Made by a program: the position numbers and the translations under genes. From Basidiobolus meristosporus CBS 931.73 (taxonomy: Eukaryota > Fungi > Basidiobolomycota), in contig MCFE01000167.1 of the NCBI GenBank assembly GCA_002104905.1, forward strand, positions 82,156 through 146,155: 64,000 bases of DNA. The letters are read 5' to 3'. Of the stretch, positions 1-13,046 are shown one piece after another. Position 1 is the first letter of the stretch, and each line of letters starts with the position of its first letter. The notes under the pieces were generated by a model. That model saw nothing but the letters and a program-made list of their open reading frames with translations, made no database searches and was not told the DNA's origin.

Positions 1-2
1 AT

Positions 3-974
3 GATCTTATTATAGCCGCCAATAACCTAGAAACATTGGAAGAGACTAAATCCAGCCTATCTAAGGAGTTCAAGATGTCCAATCTAGGAGAACTTAGTTA
101 CTACTTAGGGATTAAGTTCTCCATAGACAGAAGTACCCAGACTATTACCCTAAGTCAATCCAAGTATATTCAAGATATACTAAAGAAGTACAAAATGGAA
201 GACTGTAAACCGGCAGCTACCCCAATGGAGACAAACCTTAACTTGGTCAAAACTCAACCAAATCAAGAGAGCTTGGTGCCATCTGAAAGCCCTGACTTTC
301 CTTATCAATCTATGGTCGGCAGTCTGATGTATATCATGCTTGGAACACGTCCAGATATCTCATATTCAGTGGGAGTTGTCAGCCAACATAATCAGAATTA
401 TGGATCTGATCATATTGCAGCAGTTAAGCGGATTTTTAGATACCTAAAAGGAACTGCTGATATCTGCTTAAGATACACTTATAAGGATTCAGAACAGGAT
501 CTTGTGGGATACTCTGATGCTGATTGGGGACGAAATTTAGAAGACAGAAGATCCACCACAGGATACACCTTTCTTTACTGTAAAGGAGCCATTTCATGGA
601 ATTCAAGAAAACAACCAACCGTAGCACTTTCTACTACAGAGGCAGAGTATATGGCAGCCTGTGAAGCTACAAAAGAAGCAATGTGGTTAAGAAAGCTCTT
701 TACAGATTTAGGCCTATGTCAAAAAACGCCTATTACTTTATTTCAAGATAATCAAGGATGTATACAATTAGGTAGAAATCCAACTTTTCATGCTAGAACC
801 AAGCACATAGATATTAGACATCATTTCATACGTGAAGCTATAGAGAATAACTTAGTTAGCTTAGTTTACTGTCCTACAGATGAAATGATTGCAGACATAT
901 TTACCAAACCATTAGCTAGAGACAAGTTTGAATATTTTAGGTCAAAATTAGGACTAGTCAGTATGAACATTTAG
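3..974 (+). CDS. Copia Pol, C-terminal RT and RNase H (5'-partial)
   Basis: The frame is open from position 3 (DLIIAANN, the tail of the YVDDL motif). It contains copia motifs LGELSYYLGI, TRPDISYSVG, GYSDADWG, STTEAEY, QDNQG, KHIDIRHHFIRE and ADIFTKPL. Confidence 0.97.
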   Translation, partial: DLIIAANNLETLEETKSSLSKEFKMSNLGELSYYLGIKFSIDRSTQTITLSQSKYIQDILKKYKMEDCKPAATPMETNLNLVKTQPNQESLVPSESPDFPYQSMVGSLMYIMLGTRPDISYSVGVVSQHNQNYGSDHIAAVKRIFRYLKGTADICLRYTYKDSEQDLVGYSDADWGRNLEDRRSTTGYTFLYCKGAISWNSRKQPTVALSTTEAEYMAACEATKEAMWLRKLFTDLGLCQKTPITLFQDNQGCIQLGRNPTFHARTKHIDIRHHFIREAIENNLVSLVYCPTDEMIADIFTKPLARDKFEYFRSKLGLVSMNI

Positions 975-976
975 CT

Positions 977-985
977 GAGTGGGAG
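977..985 (+). other. Polypurine tract of the copia element
   Basis: GAGTGGGAG lies immediately 5' of the LTR's TG. The same sequence recurs reversed at 58099-58107. Confidence 0.9.
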
Positions 986-1335
986 TGTTGTAAAAATTCG
1001 TATTTTCCACCTAAATATTCACCTAACTTAGTCACTTAGATCATCACCTTCAAATCCTAGAGAATACTGACCAAATTCCTTGTCGGGATTTACTTAGAAT
1101 ATTTTCACCAAAATACCAGGTACCCAGAACATGAAAATTCTCAAAGTTGTCCAAACAGCCCCAAACTTTGCACACATGTTCTTGGGACCTTCCTTAACCT
1201 ATTCTATGTGTTTGTAATGCCAAGACCATGTAAAAGTATAAATACTACTTTTACATTCAATAAATCATTAAGTGAAAACTACATAATCTACTTGTTCTCC
1301 AAATCACTTCCAATATCTCCAAGACTCTTACAACA
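986..1335 (+). repeat. Copia 3' LTR (350 bp)
   Basis: 8-bp terminal inverted repeats TGTTGTAA/TTACAACA, TATAAATA at 1237 and AATAAA at 1259. Three homologous copies lie at 57310-58504. Confidence 0.96.
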
Positions 1336-2600
1336 GTATGCAGGGTCAGAAAGTGAGAGAATTAGCAGAGAACCAATTAAAGCCACTTATTTATTGTTGT
1401 GATGAAAATTTTGACTACATCTTTTGTGAAATCTTGGGTGAAAATATTTCTCAACTGTCTTTGCATGGTGTTCTGATGGGATCAATACCTCTTAGTCACA
1501 GGTCTTTAATTTTGTGATGGCATTTTGACAGAATCATCACAATTATTTCTCATACAGTGATATTTTGGTGAAATATTGTAAGTAAATCTCAACAATAAAT
1601 TTGGTCATTATTCACTAAGATTTGTAGGTAATGATCTAGGTGGCTAAGTTTGATGAATATTTAGGTGGAATGCAAACTGCTACAGCATTATCTGACACCT
1701 GTTAATTAGGGCATTGACTAGTAAAAAGTATAATAAAGTGATTTTTCTGTGTATATGTAACTGAAGCTAAGGGGCAGCCTTCTACTACAAATCAATACCC
1801 TGCTGCCTGCTACACAATTGAAAGTTTTGCATATTAAAGCGTTTGACACCCTCTGGCACTGCATGGCCCCTTTAGCTTAATCCAATGCAACAAGTCTATT
1901 GCTTACTACATTTGCAACATACATAAAGTTGATGGTCTGAGATCTCAAAAAGCTCTTGGTAGAGACTGGGCAACTTTGAATTTCTCTACTATTATTGAGA
2001 GCTCCAATGTCCCAGGAAAACTAATTCATCATCAAAAGTGGCAGCTTTGTAATATAGGAAATGTTCCACGTTGGAACTCCTATACCTGTGAGCCAGGATA
2101 ATGATGGGTGTTGACTGTAACACATATACTGAGTCTAATGAGCTAGCATACAATATTTGATATCAAACTAACAAAGATCCAGCTTGCAGTAAAATCTGCT
2201 GGTGCCACTGTGCAGTGAAATACAAATATATTCTCCAAGTACCTCATATGCTATAGATTAGAGCATCTGACAAGTGACACAGTCTAGCTGAATAATTGCA
2301 AATACGCTATTAAAGGTCTCTATTTCCCAATCAGAAATTCTGAAGTCAAATACAAAAGTGAGTTATATACAAACAAGATTCGCTATGGCAAAGTTGAGCA
2401 GTTTATCGGGACCAAAAACTCTTAGGTGACCTGTGTCTCAATAAAGAATTGGCAGGACATCACTCAGGTCATAGTGGTAGTCAGAAGTACTACTGACCTG
2501 CTTATCAAGAAACACAAATGTGATGTAAAGCTAAGGGCGAAATTTATCTTATATTAAGATTCTCCATAACTGATAATCCTCTTTATTGATTAAGTAAGAT
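1336..2600. other. AT-rich, CpG-poor non-coding tract, probably decayed transposon DNA
   Basis: No ORFs, and few CG dinucleotides compared with the genic region starting near 2700. No family could be recognised. Confidence 0.3.
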
Positions 2601-3082
2601 TTACTAAGGTTTGTCAAAGGGACTTCACGTGATAATGTTTTGACCGATCATTTACCTCAAGACAGCCAACTTACACTATGTAAGTATTGGTATATGAGCG
2701 TTGCCGCCAGTTAAGCTTTGGAAGGACGAAGGATCCTAAAACCGGTCGTTTAAAGGCCCAATAATCGGGAATTTTCGCGAAAGATGATTTCGTTCATATC
2801 GAGGGATGGTAGTTAATCCCGAACAGATATTCATCTAACATGAAGACGTCTCGAAGGACTTTTGAATTTAATCGGAAAACTTTTTCCCCGCAAATCCTCG
2901 ATTATTTTAACGCGTCTGCAGTAACAATATCCATCATTACAGTCCATAGCTATCTAAACAGCCAGTAGCAGAAATCGGGAAGTTGCTTAGGAGTATGCTT
3001 AGCTGAGGCTTCAATCAGGCAACATTAACGATAAATTTGGAGTCACTAAATTGAGTGTTCATCTGATCTGACAAATCGCTAG

Positions 3083-4886
3083 ATGAATACTTGTAGTAGT
3101 CAAAAAGGCAATATGGTAACGAAAGTATTCCTCATACGTCTACTCTGTCCACGATCAGCTCCACCCTCCTTTACCACCCAAATTGTGTGAAGAATGGACT
3201 TAACTGCCACTCAGAATTGGCTACGACAAGTATTAGCATCAGTAAGAGCTCGGTACACATATACTGTATAATCTCTATTCCTAAATACTTCGCTCTTCAA
3301 CAGTATGCTCAGCAAGATCGAGTCTCCCGCGATGTGGAGGCTACATTAAGGAATTTCCCTACGTTAGCACCCAAGATGGACAGATATAGTAAGTGAATGG
3401 TTTTCAGAGCACCCACACTTAAAAGCCTTGCTTAAATCTACTCCTGAACCTGATGATTTATTCAAAATTGCCAACTGACTCATTTCTTGTTTCATTTTTC
3501 GAGTGCAGCCACGGATGATGGCCACACTCAGATAATGCTTTGTCTTCATGGCACTGTTCCTATATCGTTTAGATCTAGCACTTACCACATTCCAGTTGCA
3601 ATCTGGTTTCCGGTAAACTACCCATTAAGCCCGCCTATATCGTTTGTCACGCCTACGTCACAGATGCTTGTTCGACCCAGTAAGTTTGTAGATGTGAGTG
3701 GTAAGATTTACCACCCTTACCTAGCATACTGGGATACACGAAATGAGGTGAGGTTTTTAGTGATGATGCTTCCACAAGCCCTGTTGACCTAAACTTCCCC
3801 CGGATGAGCAGAAGAAGAGCACCACCACTGAACTGGTGGCCATTATGCAACAAATCTTTAGCATCGAGCCCCCTGTCTACCAGAAACCCGACACAAGTTT
3901 ACAGCCACAAAACCCCTCATCGAGTCCTTCCACTACGCAGCATCGGGTGTTGAACCCCATCAATTCCCCAGTCACCAGTGCAGTAAGCTCTGGCACTTCA
4001 TCTCCTACACTACAGAGTACATCAATTCTTGGCAACCCCGTCCTAAATCAAGCTAATGGCTTTAGAGCCTATACGCGCTCACCAATCCCAGCAGAGGTGA
4101 GACGTTGCATTCGCGTATGAACGGCACTGCAATGGATCGTGATGTATTTACCATACCATACTATTAGGCCTCACAATCAGAGCCGTTGCCACCAGCGCTC
4201 CCCACGAAACCCGAGAAGGTGATTTCCCTGCGAAATGCAGTGAATGAGAAATTGGCCTCAAGGCTGCAGCACTTCAACAAGCAAATGGCCGGAGAGATGG
4301 ACGCCTTGCTCATGGCAAACAAGGGGCTAAACCAAGGGACCGAAATCATCGCGAACGAACGCAAACGTCTGGAGGAGATTGAGGTGAGTCACCTCGCCAC
4401 CCGTGCCGTGACCCCTACTAAACCATCACCCAACAGGATCAACTTCGTACCAACATTGCAATCCTGTCGGAAAAGAACAAGGAGCTCACCGACCAGCTGG
4501 AGCAGATTCACAACGAACCCGATGTGGATGTGGATACGTTGATATGTGGCATCAGCGACGACGATTCCCAGTAAGCAAACTCCCTCTGTCTTGCGACGCT
4601 TTTCCCCCATGCTAATGCACGTGAACCTTCAAGGCTCTTTGAACTTGTGGCTGACGAGAATGCCATCGAAGACGTGATCTACTATTTAGGAAAAGCGCTG
4701 AACTCTGAAAGAATCGACCTCGGTACATATATGAAGGCAAGTCCAATCACCCCCGAGGCCACACAGGTCCGCAGTCACTAACCAGGCTCTTCACAGCATG
4801 TGCGTACAATTGCCAGAGAGCAGTTCATGCGGCGCGCTCTCATAAAAAAGATCCGTGATACAAAAATCTCCTCACGACACCTTTAA
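3083..4886 (+). CDS. VPS23: ESCRT-I subunit Vps23/TSG101 (multi-exon; start approximate)
   Basis: UEV domain (LHGTVPISFRSSTYHIPVAIWFPVNYPLSPPISFVTPT...VDVSGKIYHPYL), a Pro-rich linker, a coiled coil and the steadiness box (ENAIEDVIYYLGKAL...YMKHVRTIAREQF) across GT-AG introns; stop TAA at 4884-4886. Confidence 0.93.
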
Positions 4887-7800
4887 TAGCCTCCGCCTCA
4901 CCCATCCCACCCCACCCCACCTCTCCCATATCATTCATCATACTACGATTACAGAATGATAGCCCAAACCACCTTCCAGAAGCTCATCAAGATTTCAATA
5001 GGCCACCGAGTTCAATAAAACCTCCTTTTGTTTCCATCGATACCCAGCACGGTCGATAGCATCCATTGAGGTTTTTCTAAGCCAACGCCGGCAAGTCGAA
5101 GCCTTGGTGTAGGAGTTGGTCCAGTCAACAAGCGCTCGATGAAGGAGCCTTAAGAAATGCAGCGGTGCCCAAGGCCGCTAGGCTCGGGCTTTATCCATGA
5201 GCCACGGCAAGTGTTGGGTATACAAATAGTGATATTCTGCATGTGTGTTTGCTGGGGAGCGGGTGAGAGCAAGAGATTACATCATCTCCGTTGTTAATGA
5301 GAATTGGCGTGGGTAAGGCAATAGATGCTCAACCTCGCCCAATTAAATCCCGTCATCTTATCGTTCAGGCGAACTGCTCAGACTAGATACGCAACGGGTA
5401 TGCAGCAAGAGATTGAAGCGATCGCAATAGGCCTACCACCATCGTGGTGGCTGAGAAGATCAACAGTTGGGACAGCATCCAATCGACGACCAGAGTGGAA
5501 CGATGGAATCGAGGTCCGGTGCTGGGTAGCGTATCGAATCAGCATCGATGAAGAGCATTTGTGAACAGCGGCATAGGGATCCACTGCCATGGCCATTGGC
5601 CAGAGGAACCCCTCATCCGTGTGCAACGTAGATGTTGTTGGTGACATCCATTGTGGGCCTGTCACATCAAGTATCTTACAGCAACCTCATGATACTTCCT
5701 TTTTACCAACAGATGGATCAGTCTCAGCCATACCTCGCATGCCAGGCTTGGCGGGTAGATTCCCGTTGCACCAGATTCGCGGTCTCCTCTTCCCACCGCA
5801 GGATTGATCATCTTTTCCGCATCAAAGCAACCGACCCCACGATACCGAAGCATATGGGCTGATTGTTCATCTTTCTAAGCCTATTCGGACTGCGAGTTCC
5901 TGGTAACGCGAGTCTGCATGATACAGAACGGATCACTCGGACAACCCGTGGCCAGACTGACCATCAGCCAGGTGGAACCGAATGCTACCTGCAATGGCTA
6001 AATTTCAGACATGACTCCTTCGCCATCAGACAGAAGCGCTTCCAATCTTCGTGGATATAGAAGCGGAAGCTGGATTCGGATTCGGATTTGGATCTCGAGA
6101 GGGACCAACTCAATGTGGAATGTGAATCATCCTGAGCACCTTTTGGATCTCCCGCAAGTAACCTCCGATTGGCTTCACTGGGTATCGTCTCGCCACCCTG
6201 CTGTAAACCTGTTTCACTGCCTAATCCATGAGCTTTCCGGACTAGCGTCGATGCGGGTGGAGTTTTGGCAGCAATCAAGCTGCCCATTTGGAACTCCTCG
6301 GCACCACCAGTACTTTCGGCGTTGGGTGAGATACGTTTCAGCGATTTTCAACAACCGCCTGCACCAAACAAACCCCTAAATGAATTTTGGATTGGGCGAG
6401 TAACATCCCAGCGAGTGGCATAAGAATAGGACTGTCGCGAGCCGTGGGCCAATGGGAGCGGGCAAGGGATGCATGCATCATGGATTAGTACCCCATCTAC
6501 TTGAATAAGCAACTTGCCACCGTTGATTGCCCATCGCCTGGATGATGGAGCGGTATGAGGTTTACTGTGGGCCAGCTGATGGGCATGTGTCGCCGCTGAC
6601 CCAGGGATGCTGGTTCCGCGGCGATGACACTATACAGTTGTCATATCGTGCCAGACACTGGCCTAGGATCTCGAGGTGCTACGTAGCACCAACTACGAGA
6701 TTGACGGTGAGCCGCAAGGCTTGCCTTGCGTCGAACCTGCTCCCTGCAGCTACAGTCCAGAGACTGGCTCTACCAGGACAGGGATTATCGGCCAATGAGC
6801 ATGCCGGCAGATGAAGGGGGCTTTGATTCATCGCTTTCGTGGGTGCCAAACATCGCATGCTCTCTGGAATCCACTTGCCATTTTGGACCGCTCGCCTGGC
6901 CCTATCAGCGCAAGCGAGTTTGGTGTATGAATGGCTGTTGGAAAGGTAGCATTCATGTGGACACCCATCGCGGCCAACGTCTCTGTTATCGCAGATGGGC
7001 CGGCGAGTGGCTGGAGTCGACCTCAGCTGTTTTGGGTGGTCAGATCAGTGAAACCGGCGTGAACAACTGGCACATCGCTGCCATCATCTACCAACTTCGA
7101 GTCCGGTAATTCTCCAGCTGGTTGATGATGGACATGATATGGCATTGATTACCAGCGTCAAGGGAGTAAGACGTGCTCAGGAAGGTGCTCAATATCATTG
7201 GACGAGATCCTTTGACACCAGTGGGCGATCCCACCCCACATGTTGAGAGCCCCGTGCATTTTTTCACACATATGCCCAGGATCATTCAATCACCGATTTC
7301 AGCCAGAGTCCCTTGCCATGAATAGAAAGCCGTCAGGGAAATCAGGCTAATTGTTGGCCAAGAATAGGCTGACAAATTGCTGCGTGATGTCAACTGGGCG
7401 GTGGCCGGATTGAAAGGAGCCAACTTTGGATCCACTCCAGTTTGGATCTTTCGCCTCAAGTGGGTTGCCCAAGTGCTCTGTGCGAAAGGTGACTGGTGGA
7501 ATCTGCAGCCATGATTTGGGATAGATTGCCACGATCGATGAGTAATGCGCTACCGTGGCCGGTACTTTACCGCCTTGGTAGCTTGTAAGCGCTATCTATC
7601 GATCACACATTTGACAACCAACGTGAGTTGTCAGAATATCGTCACCCGGAGACGATTGGTACAGGTCGCGCTTTCAGGATGATGGGATGAGACCCGTGTG
7701 ATTCGACAGCGTGCCCGCCGGTGCGACACCCACGACGCCGGCCATTCACACCTACACCAGACCAATGGAGCGTTGCTCAACCGATCCCCTGGCCCGTCAC

Positions 7801-9426
7801 AGAAGCTGGGCGGGATGCACTCAGCGCACCACCCGCGCAGCGCTCCGCATATCCATCTATGTGACACCGTTCTACAGGCAAGGTTGCGGCGCATCTGATC
7901 AGTCCTACCTCCCCGGCAAAAGAGTGACTGTTTGAGACCACCGGTGGTAGATCGCGTAGATTATGGCTTGATGGAAGGCGTATCTCCCAGCGCAATCCGC
8001 GACCCCCAGGATTGGATCCAACCAGGCTGGATCCGAACCGAACCCTATTCGACTCCGGCCTGGTGTTTCGAAAGAGAATATCAGCCAAATCAGGTGAACG
8101 GGGACATATCCGGTGGATTGAAAAAGAAAAACGTTTCACGTCCCGGTAGACGCAATATATTTTCAAGCGCCTTGATTGAATCTCGATCACCGGCGGTGAG
8201 AAGATTTTGCAAGAACGTGTCATCCAGCAGAGTGACCAGCTGAACCTGGCCACTTCACTGTTCTTGAGCTTAACCGATTTAACTGACACGGGAGTGAGAC
8301 ACCGTGTGAAGCACACCGGGGACGCAAGAGCAATGACAACCACGATGCTGAATCACATTCGAGACTGCCCTTGTCTTTTGGAAAGTATAAGCTGGATCTT
8401 CGATATGTTATTTCAATCGTTCTATTGAGTTGGATGAAATTGGCAGCCTACGGGCCAATCGTCTGGCGCGTTCCAACTTGGATTATCTCTGTCCAAACGG
8501 ATCCAGCCAGTCTAGACGTTCCATTCTTGCAGTCACTTGACAAAAGAACAATGTGTGCTGATGACGCACCTATTGGGACAACTGGGTTGCCATTTTAGTG
8601 CAAGCCGTGATAGGATACCGTTTTGGAGCAGGATGATTGTGGATCGAGTTACCATTCATCTGTGGGCTCGAACAAAGGGTATGTTTCGAGCGATGGCGAG
8701 TTGCGAATCCTTTCGTATGGCGATTCATGTGGAATCGGCAGTCTCCCAGCAGCACCGCCAGAGGCACGCACCTGTGGTCTTCCGCTTCGTCCGGTTCTTG
8801 CTTGCGGATCGCGCGGCCCCGATGGCACTCACCACTGGTCAGCGGCGTGCATGACTAGAGCTGCAAGGGCTACAGGGCGAGCCAAGTTGGCCAACACCTG
8901 TATCTGAGTGGATCCACCCGTTAAGGCGAAGAAAAATCTTGGCTAAAAATAAGCCGAAACTCGTGATTGAGTGGTTTGATTCGAGGGTGCGTGAACGGGA
9001 TGGAATTGATTTTGAATTGTTACCCAGTCCCAAAGGCCATAGCTGAAAATCATCATCAAAACCTAAAAATAAGGCCAAATGGGTTCGATGGGTTCGATTT
9101 GGTACGAAACCTCCAATGGTGAGTGACGTTGGATCTTGCATCTGGGACATCATAAACCTTTATAAGGGCAGCGGCTTCCAGACTGGTGATGGTCACTTCT
9201 GCCTTGATAATTCATCAGTCTCCTCCTAGCCTCTTGATAGATCATCCCACTTGGCTACCATTTTGTTGTCACACTCCTGGAGCTTGTTCTCTGCTTGTCC
9301 ACCGTGCTGAATTGTTATACCCGAGGCTTCTCCAACCTGTGGAGACTCGCATATACCCACTTTATTTAGCTCGCCATCTGTTCATATAATACCCTGAACG
9401 AATACCTTGTCTTAGATATACTTACA

Positions 9427-10738
9427 ATGATCAAAACCGAGGACTATTTGGTTGATGATCTCAACATGGAGCCTGAGTCTCCAACCGCCGCGGAGGGCAA
9501 AGAGGTTAAACGAAGAAATAGATTGAATCCTCGACAGGTCAATCGTTTGATGCAGGTATTTGAGCAAACAGCCAAACCCAAGGCGGACATCCGCCACAAG
9601 TTGGCAGAGGAGCTTGGGATGCACCCTCGTGCTGTACAGATCTGGTTCCAGAATAGAAGACAGAAGTTGAAGAAGGAGAGCCTGGAGGCCACCTCTGCGG
9701 AATCGAAATTCCCGATTGACCAGGCGAAGTTGACGCTGTGTGACGCCAAGCAGGTTTATTCTCACCCCCAGGACGCCTATTTTGGCCTTCCGTTCAGCAA
9801 CTTTCCCCAATTGGTGAAGCCAGGCATTGCCAACGGTCCATCCAGTGGATTTCAGACTCCTCCAACCAACGTTGCTCTTCTCTCGGGGCTAGGGTTAGTT
9901 TCGAATCAGGGATCTATCCACTCCTCAGCTACCCCTTTATCCTTATCCCACACCGGTAAAACTGCAGTTTTTCTTTCCTGACACCCACACATAGTCGGCT
10001 AATCTTCGGCCAAACTTTCTAGATTACCAAGACACCGTACAACCGTTGGACAGCGGAGTCCACAACTCCTTGACTTTGCTACAGGGATGCGATTCTCTTC
10101 CGGTGCAGCAAGATGTCTCATTCTCAAATCTATTCAACTCGAATGAATTGGAGTTGATGCTTGATGGGTCGCCCCCCTCCGGTACCTCTATTTCAGCCAC
10201 ATCCAGTGAAGCCAACTGCCCCGACCAGTTGGTCGATATGGGCTCTACCATCAATAATGGCTCCCCTTTCATGTACGCTGTGTTGGATTCGTTTGGTTTG
10301 GATCTGTCCACCCAGATTGGAATGCTACAACGGCAGCAGTCCTTCCCCCAGAACTACCCGGCCAAACGAAAAGCCTACTCCTGGCAGGATCTATGCCAGA
10401 TGGTTCCTCCGTCGCAAGAGCTGGATCCTGTGTCCAGCACGCTAAGTATCAATCGGACGAAACTTCCCAACATCAAGCGGAACGCATCAGACGCAGGCTA
10501 TAGCCTAAGCCAGTACCCAGTAATTATGCCCAACGGGTTGGATCAGGGCCAGAGCAGAGCCATGAACGCACGATCACATAGCGACCCGTTTGCTGTGGAA
10601 TCCTACCGAGAAGCAAAAAGACTAAAGCTGTTCAACGAAAACCGGGGCAACGGCAACCCTCTTTCTTCGGTCCTAACAATGGACCAAGAAAGCTCCAGCA
10701 CCGCAGGCGGGCTCAGCAATATGCTTGCCTACCTGTAG
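9427..10738 (+). CDS. Homeodomain transcription factor (2 exons; intron 9956-10022)
   Basis: Homeodomain KRRNRLNPRQVNRLMQVFEQTAKPKADIRHKLAEELGMHPRAVQIWFQNRRQK. A GT-AG intron with a GCTAAT branch site joins the 9427 and 10046 ORFs in frame. Confidence 0.92.
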
Positions 10739-11502
10739 ATGGTTTTTGAAGGCAGTCCCAGGCTGTGGGTGGTATCGTATTTAAATGTGCTCCTTCTTGT
10801 GGAATTTTTTGTTGGCATTTTGCGTATATATATTACTAGTATTGTTTCCTAAACCCGTACAATATTTAATAATGGTCGCTTGATTGTTTACCACAGTAGC
10901 GATGGCAATTCCATCGTACATTTGACCTATCCGTGATAACAACTGGTACAATTTTGTGTATTTCCTGATCAATGTTAGAACTTCGAACAATCGAAATGAT
11001 TATTTAACTCTATAAATACTATGTAACAAACACCTCGGTTGCGGTTTTTTCGTTGCGAGGCGCGGGGAGAGGGAGTAGCGAACGTTCGTAGCCCCATCGT
11101 CAACTGCTCTAACCTGTATTGCGGTTGAAACATCTGGTGTAGGGTATGATGTAGTAGGGATAAACCTCATCGATAAATAGTCATTGCGGCGAAATACCAA
11201 CAGGAATGGAGGGTTCTTCACTCTGGGATCTTGCCCATCGTTGCCAAGTCTGCCATTGCTTTGGTCCGAGTGAAGCGTGTGGACATGCCACGCTATGATA
11301 GTAACTAGAGACAAAAATTACTAACTATCGAGAAACATCCCTCCCTGGGTCTTTCGGTATACTCCTCATACATTGGTGAGTAATGGTTCTGGATCTGGGT
11401 GATTAGATGCCAGCACGCTCAATCAGACTAAGCACCGCACAGCTTCTTGCAGAGATGGTGCACAATCCTGACAACGTCTAAGTTATGTTTATTTGCTCAA
11501 GA

Positions 11503-12489
11503 TCACTCTATAATCTCTAGATCACTCTTACGATCCTTCGCATATGTATCTTTGTGGCGATCAAAGAGCTCACATAAAGCCTTGATGTATTCATTCTGGA
11601 GGTTTGCGATTGCTTCCGGTGTGATCTCCTCCGGCTTGAGCTTTTTTACGGGGATAGGCTTCCCGATAACACACACTATCGGGTGAGATCTGGGCAAAAG
11701 CCAGTAGTACATGACTGGAGCAAAATGGATTCTTTTTTGCAACCATTTCTGCGTATTACGCAACCAAGGGATCCGGATTTGTGAATACAGGTCGGTTTCA
11801 CCAAACACATAGGTGGGGACCAAACTTGCTCCGTTGAGAAGTGCGAGACGGAACATACCCTTGCGCTTCTTCAACACCAGGCGATGAGTGCCAGGTTCTG
11901 AATGTAGGGCTTCAGCTGCACCACCAGGAAGAAGTCCAACTGCCTTACCAACACCCAGCTCAGGATTCTTGGGATCTCTCTGAGAGAGCAAGTAATTGAT
12001 ACTCTCGGGATTAGCACTAACAAAGCCTCGCCAGAGCAAGTACTCTCGAAGGAATGGAAGGTTGAGATTTAGATTTAGAGTAACCAAACGCATATCGATG
12101 CCGGGGAAAAGTTCGGAAAACCCACAGGCATCACTAGCAAGGCACGTCTGGGCCCCGAAGCCCCATACACCGTGAGGATGTGTGGATAAGATGTAGTTTT
12201 GATCTGTTGGAAGCTCCACCTCCTTGTGAATCTTGGCAGGGAAGTGCTCGCCAAAATATCTCTGTATTTTTGAGCCCCGCATCCAAGTGTTCGAACGACC
12301 ACCGGTAGAGGAAGTCTTCCGGTCAAAGATGAAGATCCACCCGAGATAGATCAGATAAAAAGGAAACAAGACCGAGGAGGAGAAACACAGAATGTTAAGC
12401 AATATCACCACCAGTAGTAGGCAAGACATAGCAAGCACACTAAGTCTAATGTACAACTGTGGAGTACTCTTTCTGGGGATGGTTTCCAT
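11503..12489 (-). CDS. DGA1: Diacylglycerol O-acyltransferase 2 family (DGAT2/MOGAT), single exon
   Basis: HPHG motif, FLREY, PGGAAE, RKGMFRLAL and LVPTYVFGE, plus an N-terminal TM segment. The first ATG is at 12489; the ORF-track start at 12522 is TTG. Confidence 0.92.
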   Translation of the reverse strand: METIPRKSTPQLYIRLSVLAMSCLLLVVILLNILCFSSSVLFPFYLIYLGWIFIFDRKTSSTGGRSNTWMRGSKIQRYFGEHFPAKIHKEVELPTDQNYILSTHPHGVWGFGAQTCLASDACGFSELFPGIDMRLVTLNLNLNLPFLREYLLWRGFVSANPESINYLLSQRDPKNPELGVGKAVGLLPGGAAEALHSEPGTHRLVLKKRKGMFRLALLNGASLVPTYVFGETDLYSQIRIPWLRNTQKWLQKRIHFAPVMYYWLLPRSHPIVCVIGKPIPVKKLKPEEITPEAIANLQNEYIKALCELFDRHKDTYAKDRKSDLEIIE

Positions 12490-13046
12490 CTTCGTGACCG
12501 CAACTGTGCTCAAACTGAACAACTCAAAGGGAAATTAAAAAACTCTGCCTCCTATGGCTAGGATATTAACGAAATATGTATGTGTCTAGACTGATTCATG
12601 ACTAGATATCATCCTATTACGTGATTTAGCAGGCAATGGGTGTCCAATATCACAATACGTAAACATCCATCCATAGGAAGCGCGTTTGCATCATCAGCGT
12701 GAATGGGAAGGAGGATCTGTGCCAATGGCGAAGATAATGCTACTACTGCTTCGGCCCACATGGTGCGCAATCAAATACATGTATCGTGCTCGAGATAAAG
12801 AAACTGTATAATTCACTTGTATTGATGTTCATTCTATTCACTGATCATGTCCCCCCAGTCACCGCTCACAATCGAATTTTATCGATTGAGCTTTTGAACT
12901 TGACTTAGGTGTTAATTTTCTGCAAACTAATCTCAACGTCACACAATATCTGATAGCCAGGTTGATTAATGAGCCAAAACACGTGATGATTTCGAGAGGA
13001 TTTCAGAGCTCTAGCTTCTGGAACAGCTCTAATTTATATATTTATC

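Larger units (their letters stand above)
1..1335 (+). mobile_element. 3' portion of a Ty1/copia LTR retrotransposon (RT-RNaseH end, PPT, 3' LTR); continues left of the window
   Basis: Open pol frame, followed by the polypurine tract GAGTGGGAG (977-985) and a 350-bp LTR bounded by TGTTGTAA...TTACAACA. Confidence 0.97.

Noticed and set aside
1208-1402. Short ORF, with similar ORFs at 57237-57506 and 57731-57991
   Set aside because: They lie within copies of the copia LTR; the recurrence reflects the repeat, not a gene.
7777-8343. 188-aa minus-strand ORF and overlapping short ORFs
   Set aside because: No recognisable domain, several overlapping frames of similar length, and typical of chance ORFs in GC-richer DNA.
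9081-9100. GGTTCGAT twice, resembling tRNA B boxes
   Set aside because: No A box or cloverleaf around it.
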